From positions 1,792,001-1,856,000 of the forward strand of contig OZ245046.1 in the NCBI GenBank assembly GCA_965224245.1: a stretch of 64,000 nt of DNA. Direction: 5' to 3'. The notes under the pieces were generated by a model. The model was not told the origin of the DNA and made no database searches. It saw only the letters and a program-made list of their open reading frames with translations. This document shows, piece after piece, positions 55,825-64,000 of this stretch. The translations under genes and the position numbers were made by a program. Every line of letters starts with the position of its first letter. Positions within the stretch are counted from its first letter, which is position 1. The DNA comes from Candidatus Eiseniibacteriota bacterium (lineage in GTDB: Bacteria; Eisenbacteria; RBG-16-71-46; CAZAMP01).

Positions 55825-56850
55825 CTAGTCGAGTGGCACGGGATCCCCATGACGCAGCCGATCCGCGAGACCGGACGCGATCGCCGCCCCGTCGCCCTCC
55901 CCGAGGACGACCCACTCGATCCCAGGCTCGCGACGAAACCACGTGAGCTGTCGGCGTGCAAATCGGCGCGTCTTCGTCTGGATCTCCTGGATCGCCTCCG
56001 CGGTCGACGACTCTCCCCGCACCGCGCGGACCGCCTCGGGATAGCCGAGCGTCCGGTAGGCCGGCCAGCTCGCGTCGAACCCCCGGGCCAGGAGTCCCCG
56101 CACCTCGTCGAGGAGCCCCGCGTCGAACATGGCCACGACCCGCCGATCGATTCGATCGTGCAGCTCGGCCCGGTCTCGATCGACGCCGACGACGTCCGCC
56201 GGAAACGCGGCATGGCCCCAGGCCCCGGGGGCGCCCCCGTCACTGGACCGAGACGGGTCGGCCGCTCGTCCGCCCCCGCCGGCTTCGGCCCCGGACTCGG
56301 CCCACAGCTCGGACATCGGCCGTCCCGTGATCGTCCACACCTCGAGCGCACGCACGACGCGCTCGCGATTGTTGGGGTGCATGCCCGCCGCGGCCACCGG
56401 ATCCACGGCCCGCAGACGCTCATGGAGGGCCGGTGCCCCGAGTTGCCGACACTCCTCGCGCAGCGTGCGCCGTACGTCGGGGTCCGACGGAAGCTCGGCC
56501 AGCCCCCGGCGAAGCGCCCTCAGGTAGAGCCCCGAGCCACCGGTGATCAGGGCCGGCACGTCGCGCCGCGCGAGGTCCGAGAGCACCGCTCGTGCCTCGC
56601 GCGCGAAGCGACCGGCACTCCACGCCTCGCGAGGATCGGCGACGTCGACGAGATGGTGCTGCACCCGGGTACACTCGTCCGGCGTCGGCTTGGCGGTCCC
56701 GACCGTGAGCCCACGATAGAGCTGGCGCGAGTCGCACGAGAGGATCTCCGCCCCGGCGCGCTCGGCTACCTCCAGCGCCAGAGACGTCTTCCCGACCGCC
56801 GTCGGTCCGACCAGCATCAGCGCGCGGCACGTGAGCGGCTCGGGCGACAT
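55825..56850 (-). CDS. miaA: tRNA dimethylallyltransferase
   Basis: GPTAVGKT, DSRQLY, GTAKP, GGSGLY, RRQLTWFR; follows mutL. Confidence 0.97.
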   Translation of the reverse strand: MSPEPLTCRALMLVGPTAVGKTSLALEVAERAGAEILSCDSRQLYRGLTVGTAKPTPDECTRVQHHLVDVADPREAWSAGRFAREARAVLSDLARRDVPALITGGSGLYLRALRRGLAELPSDPDVRRTLREECRQLGAPALHERLRAVDPVAAAGMHPNNRERVVRALEVWTITGRPMSELWAESGAEAGGGGRAADPSRSSDGGAPGAWGHAAFPADVVGVDRDRAELHDRIDRRVVAMFDAGLLDEVRGLLARGFDASWPAYRTLGYPEAVRAVRGESSTAEAIQEIQTKTRRFARRQLTWFRREPGIEWVVLGEGDGAAIASGLADRLRHGDPVPLD

Positions 56851-56857
56851 CTCGGCC

Positions 56858-58702
<1,845 letters not shown>

Positions 58703-58708
58703 GTGTCC

Positions 58709-60085
58709 TCAGCCCACCGGCGGCAGGTCGTCCGGAAGCACCGCGACGAAGCGGTCGACCAGTGCCCGGATCCGCGCCACGACGCCGCGGCGGCCGCCCG
58801 CACTCGCCGGCACGTCCGCGAAGGTCACGACGACGCTCGATCCCCGCGCGCGAGCGCGGCCCTCGCGCACCGTCAGACGCTCTCCATCGCGCGACCACAC
58901 GATCTCGGACTCGCCGCCGTCTCCGGCCATCCACGTGCTCGTTCGCGGCACGCGGAACGTGCCGCCACCGGATCCGACGCCGGTCAGCACGTCGTCGCGC
59001 GCGCCGCCCCACAGGCAGATGCACTCGGCGGCGCCCAGGAAGTCGGCCATCGCATCACACACCGCGCCGATCGACGACGTGAGCCCGTCACCGGTCTCGA
59101 GACGTCCCGAGATCGCACCCACCAGTGCGTCCAGACGCGCGCCACGCCGCAGGCCGTCGAGCTCCGCCACCGAGCGGAGCGCCGGGGTGACCGCAGCCAC
59201 GAGCGCGTCGGCGGACTCGCGCTCGGGGACGTCCACGAGGCGAAGCTCCGCGCCGCCCGGGGCGCCCGCGTCGCCGAGCCGGATCCGGGTCACGCGATCG
59301 CTCGCGGCCTCGTCGGTGACGAACGCCGGCGGCCCGCCGCTCTCTGCCCGACGATCGGACCAGACCATCGGCGCCATGGCGTCGTCGGGCACGATCGCGC
59401 CGAACGCCGCTCCCGTGGTGGCCGAGGCGCGCTCGAGCGTCCACGCGTAGAACTTGCCGAGGTCGTCGAGATACGGGGTCAGACGCGCGAGCGCGTCCAG
59501 CTCGACGTCGTCGAGCCGCTCGTGCGCGGCGATCGCGGTCGCCGCGCCGACGCGGGCGCCCTGCGAGCGCGCCGGCGGAGGGGCATCGGCCACTGACGGC
59601 GCCTGCCCCGGCGCCGATCGCGAGAGCTCGCGTCCGTTCGCTCCCGAGGCCGTGGGGCCCGCCGCGGGCGCCACCGGACTCGGCGCGGATGCGGCGCCGC
59701 TCGACGGCGTCTCGCCGATCGGCTCCATGCGCGTCGTCTCATCCGATCCGTGGGCGTCGGAATCCTCCTCGGGCACACCGTGGTCGGCGGTCAGCCGGTT
59801 CCAGGCGTCGTCCTCGTGCCAGACCTGCTCGGGCGAGAGTCGTAGCTTCGCGGCCAGCGTGCGAAAGGACTCGTCGCCGTAGATCAGAACGTCGCACGTC
59901 GGTAGCTCGTCCCCGCTCTCGTAGACGCGGACGCCGAGAATCTCGGCGATGCGGGTGGTCTCGCGCCCGCCGGGGCGATCCACGATGCCGGCCACCTCGT
60001 AGCCGGCGCCCTCGTTGAGAAGGAGGAAGAGGTCCATCTTGTCGTCGGCGATGCCGGCCAGAACGACCCGCTTCGCGTTGCTCAT
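58709..60085 (-). CDS. Hypothetical protein (Rossmann-like N-terminus, Pro/Ala linker, possible GAF-like C-terminus)
   Basis: ATG 60085 lies 3 nt after the GT9 stop; the ORF fills the gap to mutL. Confidence 0.65.
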   Translation of the reverse strand: MSNAKRVVLAGIADDKMDLFLLLNEGAGYEVAGIVDRPGGRETTRIAEILGVRVYESGDELPTCDVLIYGDESFRTLAAKLRLSPEQVWHEDDAWNRLTADHGVPEEDSDAHGSDETTRMEPIGETPSSGAASAPSPVAPAAGPTASGANGRELSRSAPGQAPSVADAPPPARSQGARVGAATAIAAHERLDDVELDALARLTPYLDDLGKFYAWTLERASATTGAAFGAIVPDDAMAPMVWSDRRAESGGPPAFVTDEAASDRVTRIRLGDAGAPGGAELRLVDVPERESADALVAAVTPALRSVAELDGLRRGARLDALVGAISGRLETGDGLTSSIGAVCDAMADFLGAAECICLWGGARDDVLTGVGSGGGTFRVPRTSTWMAGDGGESEIVWSRDGERLTVREGRARARGSSVVVTFADVPASAGGRRGVVARIRALVDRFVAVLPDDLPPVG

Positions 60086-60087
60086 CG

Positions 60088-61191
60088 TTACTCTCCCGGT
60101 GTCAGGGTCGGCATGTCGGACGTCGGCGCGCCTCGGTCCGGCTCGGCGCATATCCAGGCGGAGAGCGCATCCCAGACGTCGTCGACGGTGATGTCGAAAA
60201 GGCAACGGCGGTGCCCGAAGCGGCAACGATGCCCGCCGTGCACGTGGCACGGCCGGCACGCCATCGCGCGTTCGAGGAGGATACTGTCCGAACGCCACGG
60301 GGCGAAGCCGAACTCTCGCGTCGTGGGACCGAAGAGCGCGATCACCGGAGTTCCGACGGCCTCGGCCACGTGCATCGGTCCCGAATCCGACGTCACCATG
60401 ACCGATGCCTCGGACAGACGCGCCGGGAGCTCGCCCAGATCGGTGGCCAGATCCCGCACGCGTGCCTCTTCCCGGACGAGCGGGGCGAACGCCTCGCGCA
60501 CCCGCGCGTCGTCGGGCCCCCTGACCACGAGGATCGGCCGATCGGTGCGCTCGAGGAGCCGGCGGGCGATCTCGACGTGACGCTCGATCGGCCACCGCTT
60601 GTTGCGCCAGGCGCTTCCGGGGGCCAGCGCCACCGGTCGGGGGCCGGAAGAGGCTCCGGCGGTCGCCCCCGCGCGCGCGGGCACGACGAGACGCGGGCGC
60701 GCGTCGGCACGCGCGCCCGGCACGCCGCGCGCGGCGATCAGATAGCGCTCGATCACCGGCGTGGGACGCCAGCCGAGCCTCGTCGGCGAGAGGATCCGTC
60801 GCGTCGTGCGGGGCCAGCAGCGCGCCAGGAGACGGCGCTGGAGCCCGTCCTTGGCCACGCGGATCAACCGCGGCGCGGCATCGCGCCGGGCTCCCCTGCC
60901 GTCGCCGAGCCCGATGGTGAGGCGCCGGCTCGTGGTGCTCCCCTGCAGATCCAGCACGACGTCGGGGACGAACGCCCGGATCTCCTCGCGCGTGGCGGCG
61001 ACGTGCGCCCGATCCAGCCGGATCAGTCGCGCCAGCCTCGGATCGTCCCGGTACAGTGCGTCGTACGGCGCGCGCGTCACGAGCGCCAGCTCGGCGCAAC
61101 CAGACAGCGATTCGATCACGGCGCTGGCAAGGGTCACGTCCCCGAGCGCACTCAGCCGTACGACGACGACGCGCTGCCGGACCTCGGTCAC
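60088..61191 (-). CDS. Glycosyltransferase family 9 (LPS heptosyltransferase-like)
   Basis: VRLSALGDV, APGS...KRWP, DSGPMHVA, LFGPT. Confidence 0.93.
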   Translation of the reverse strand: MTEVRQRVVVVRLSALGDVTLASAVIESLSGCAELALVTRAPYDALYRDDPRLARLIRLDRAHVAATREEIRAFVPDVVLDLQGSTTSRRLTIGLGDGRGARRDAAPRLIRVAKDGLQRRLLARCWPRTTRRILSPTRLGWRPTPVIERYLIAARGVPGARADARPRLVVPARAGATAGASSGPRPVALAPGSAWRNKRWPIERHVEIARRLLERTDRPILVVRGPDDARVREAFAPLVREEARVRDLATDLGELPARLSEASVMVTSDSGPMHVAEAVGTPVIALFGPTTREFGFAPWRSDSILLERAMACRPCHVHGGHRCRFGHRRCLFDITVDDVWDALSAWICAEPDRGAPTSDMPTLTPGE

Positions 61192-61571
61192 GACCGCCGA
61201 CCGGAGACGTGATAGCGGCGCACGAACTCCTCGTCGAAGTCGTAGACGTCGCGAAAGCTGTCGATCGTGTCCTCCTCGCGGAGCGAGAACAGCTCGACGT
61301 CGACGAGACGTCTCGCGATGTGCCCGAAGTCGACGGTTTCCCGGAGCCCCCAGGCTCGGAACACCGTCGGAGCGAGCGATCCGAAGCGCACACGTGCGTA
61401 GTCCCGCGTCGCCAGCACGAGGTCCCGGGCTCCCACACGGGCCCGCCGACCCTGGCGGCGGTGCACCACGTCGAGCGCGGCCAGCACGAACACGTAGGCC
61501 GCGACCGAGTAACGCGCGTCGCCCTCGGCGAGCACGCTGACGACGTCGTCCACGTCGATGGAAGTCGTCAC
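61188..61571 (-). CDS. Minf_1886-like conserved protein
   Basis: DARY...AYVFV..AL, FG.LA..VF..WG...T.DFG.I, DF..VYDF; overlaps both neighbours. Confidence 0.8.
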   Translation of the reverse strand: MTTSIDVDDVVSVLAEGDARYSVAAYVFVLAALDVVHRRQGRRARVGARDLVLATRDYARVRFGSLAPTVFRAWGLRETVDFGHIARRLVDVELFSLREEDTIDSFRDVYDFDEEFVRRYHVSGRRS

Positions 61572-63187
61572 GACGTCCCCTCGTGCTTGGCCACGACCGT
61601 GTCCCCGTCGAACGCGCTCAGCCGTTCCGGATGATCGACGTTGTAGTGCAGCCCGCGGCTCTCCCGGCGCCGGTCGGCCGACGTCGCGACCAGCTCGGCG
61701 ACCAGCGCGATGTTGCGCAGCTCGATCAGATCGGGGGTCAGGAGATAGCGGGCGAAGTAGCCCTCGATCGTTCGGCGGAGCCCCTTCAGGCGTTCCCGTG
61801 CGATCGCCAGGCGCTCGTCCGAGCGGACGATCCCGACGTAGTCCCACATCAGCGCGCGCACGTTGTTCCAGTCGTGCTCGAGGATGATGGCCTCTCGAAC
61901 GCGCACCGCGTGCCCCGAGTCCCAGGGCGCATGCGGATCCACCGATCCCAGCCGGCGGTGATCGGCGACGGCGCTCTCGATCGCCCGCGCCGACATCACC
62001 GCCGCCTCCAAAAGAGAGTTCGACGCCAGGCGATTCGCCCCGTGCATCCCGGTGTGCGTGACCTCGCCCGCGGCCAGGAGCCCTGGCACGTCCGTGCGGG
62101 CGTCGAGACCGGTCATAACGCCCCCGCAGACGTAGTGCGCGGCCGGCACCACGGGCATCGGCTGCTGGGTGATGTCGATGCCGAGACCGGCGCATCGCTC
62201 GTAGATCTGCGGAAACCGCTGGCGAACGCGATCGGCCGGGAGGTGCTCCAGGTGCAAGAGCACGTACGGATGTCCGAGCCGCTTCAGCTCGGCGTCGATC
62301 GCGCGCGCCACGATGTCGCGGGACGCGAGCTCGGCGCGCGGATCGTACTCGGACATGAACGCGCGGCCGTCGATCGTGGTCAGGGTGGCGCCTTCGCCGC
62401 GGCATGCCTCGGAGACGAGGAAGCTGCGGGCGACGTGGTGATAGAGGCAGGTCGGGTGAAACTGGATGAACTCGAGGTTGGCCAGACGCGCGCCCGCACG
62501 ATAGGCCATGGCCAGCCCGTCGCCGGTCGCGATGTCCGGGTTCGACGTGAACTTGTACGCCTTGCCGGCCCCTCCGGCGGCGAGGAGCGTGACCGGGGCC
62601 AGGAAGGACGATATCTCGTGCGAGTCGCGATCGAGCACGAACGCGCCCACGACCCGATCGTCGGCCGGTGCGCGACCGTGCTCGCCCCGGCGTCGCGAAT
62701 CGAGAATCAGGTCGACCGCCATGTGGTTCTCGAGGATCCGGACGTTGGGATCGGCGCGCGTCGCCGCCACCAGCGCCTCCGAAATGGCCAAGCCCGTCCG
62801 GTCTTCCACGTGCGCGACCCGCCGGTGCGTGTGGGCCCCCTCGCGCCCCAGCGCCAGATCGCCGGCCCGATCGCGATCGAACGCCACCCCGAGCTCGATC
62901 AGCTCGCGGATCTTGCCGGGACCGTCGGTCACGATCGAGCGCACGACCTCCTCGTTGCAGAGGTGATCGCCGGCGACCAGCGTGTCGGAGACGTGGGCCT
63001 CGACCGAGTCGTCGTCGCCGAGCACGGCGGCGATCCCGCCCTGTGCGTACCGGGTGTTGGACTCGCCGAGGGCGCGCTTGGTGACGACGGTGACCGAGCC
63101 GTGCTCGGCCAGTCGCAGAGCGGCGTACAGCCCGGCCAGACCACTGCCGATGATTAGAAAGTCAGAGGAATGGGTGTTCGTGGTCAT
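61568..63187 (-). CDS. nadB: L-aspartate oxidase
   Basis: IGSGLAGL, YAQGGIA, EGAH, EFIQFHPT, SEACRGEG, HGANRLASNSLLE, ESRGLH. Confidence 0.96.
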   Translation of the reverse strand: MTTNTHSSDFLIIGSGLAGLYAALRLAEHGSVTVVTKRALGESNTRYAQGGIAAVLGDDDSVEAHVSDTLVAGDHLCNEEVVRSIVTDGPGKIRELIELGVAFDRDRAGDLALGREGAHTHRRVAHVEDRTGLAISEALVAATRADPNVRILENHMAVDLILDSRRRGEHGRAPADDRVVGAFVLDRDSHEISSFLAPVTLLAAGGAGKAYKFTSNPDIATGDGLAMAYRAGARLANLEFIQFHPTCLYHHVARSFLVSEACRGEGATLTTIDGRAFMSEYDPRAELASRDIVARAIDAELKRLGHPYVLLHLEHLPADRVRQRFPQIYERCAGLGIDITQQPMPVVPAAHYVCGGVMTGLDARTDVPGLLAAGEVTHTGMHGANRLASNSLLEAAVMSARAIESAVADHRRLGSVDPHAPWDSGHAVRVREAIILEHDWNNVRALMWDYVGIVRSDERLAIARERLKGLRRTIEGYFARYLLTPDLIELRNIALVAELVATSADRRRESRGLHYNVDHPERLSAFDGDTVVAKHEGTS

Positions 63188-63426
63188 ATGGCCCTACTTG
63201 ATTGCGGTAGGGGCAGTTAGGGTGATCGACGGAGAGGTCGCTCGAAGCGTGAAGGCCCCACTATAGGGCCGCTCCCGCCGGGTCGCAACGTACAATCGCG
63301 ACCCGAAGCGCCTCCGTGACACCCCGGCGAACGCCAGAGACTAGGCGGTTGTGGCGGGTTTCGACCACCACGAACACCGGTGTGCGCTCGTCGCGCTCTT
63401 TCCGGCTTTCCGAGGAGGCCAGTGCC

Positions 63427-63978
63427 ATGCGTCAGGCCATCGCGGCTTCGGCGGTCCTCACCCTCGCGGCCCTGTCGGGTTGTGATGGGGATCTCGAGGT
63501 TCCCCGATCAGACGTCGAAATCATGCGCATCAACGGCGGCTACGCGCTTCAGAGCGCGGTCCGAAACGCTGGCGAGGATGGCGTCTTCGGTAACGAGGAC
63601 GACTTCATCACCGAGGACCAGGTCTGGGTGACGTTCGTGAACAACCCGTCCGACGAGCAGGGCACGATCGGATCCTCCGGCGCGTTCTCGTCGGTGACCT
63701 TCGATCGCTACCGTGTCTCGTTCACCTCCACGCCCGCGCTCGCGGACTTCGTCGGCACCTGTCACGCGCGCGTCGCGTCCGGCGACAGCGCGGGTGTCGG
63801 CGTCGTCGTCGTGCCCGCGGTTCGCAAGCAGATCGATCCGCTCGTCGGCATCTACACCGGCACGCAGCCGCCGATCGAGGCCAACGCGACGATCGAGTTC
63901 TGGGGTGAGGAGAAGACCTCGGGGCAGGAGATCCACGTTTCCGGCAGCCTCGTGGTGAACTTCGGGCTGGCGCGGTAA
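63427..63978 (+). CDS. Hypothetical lipoprotein
   Basis: GAGGAGG RBS; lipobox LSGC; beta-rich mature region. Confidence 0.7.
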   Translation: MRQAIAASAVLTLAALSGCDGDLEVPRSDVEIMRINGGYALQSAVRNAGEDGVFGNEDDFITEDQVWVTFVNNPSDEQGTIGSSGAFSSVTFDRYRVSFTSTPALADFVGTCHARVASGDSAGVGVVVVPAVRKQIDPLVGIYTGTQPPIEANATIEFWGEEKTSGQEIHVSGSLVVNFGLAR

Positions 63979-64000
63979 CGTCCAGGGACGCGTCTCACCC

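Noticed and set aside
60086-61438. N-terminal extension of ORF 58709..61438
   Set aside because: Overlaps the GT9 and Minf_1886-like genes in other frames; the real start is probably 60085.

Overview
GC-rich (roughly 70% by eye) bacterial chromosomal segment. A FlgD/T9SS-like Ig C-terminal domain, an 'SW..K..W' C-terminal tail, many Ser/Thr kinases and a TIGR02999-like ECF sigma factor suggest an FCB-group lineage such as Ca. Eisenbacteria or Krumholzibacteriota (inference). 1-14.2 kb: a nine-gene minus-strand respiratory operon related to Qrc/alternative complex III, with about 25-26 c-heme motifs. It is preceded by a sigma54 -24/-12 promoter, a palindromic enhancer, an NtrC-type activator and a sensor kinase carrying two CxxCH motifs. 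Its most unusual member fuses a CBS pair, a cyclic-nucleotide-binding domain, a TM helix and an 11-12-heme NapC-like cytochrome; this is the best candidate for an undescribed system. 14-30 kb: four Hanks-type kinases, two decayed kinase 5' stubs and a DAACS-SBP fusion transporter. 30-47 kb: modABC, a second c554-like cytochrome, a BNR propeller protein, DsrE, a YbjT-like SDR, a photolyase/ferritin-like deletion scar, a site-2 protease, a sigma54-type Hsp20 pair and a TPR-wHTH/secreted-protein pair. 47-64 kb: core genes apt, acyP, pcm, surE, merR-like, gpsA, plsY, der, miaA, mutL, a GT9 transferase and nadB, plus tRNA-Pro(CGG), tRNA-Pro(GGG) and tRNA-Gly(CCC). No CRISPR array, integrase or transposase was seen. 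All calls come from reading the sequence; no searches were run.
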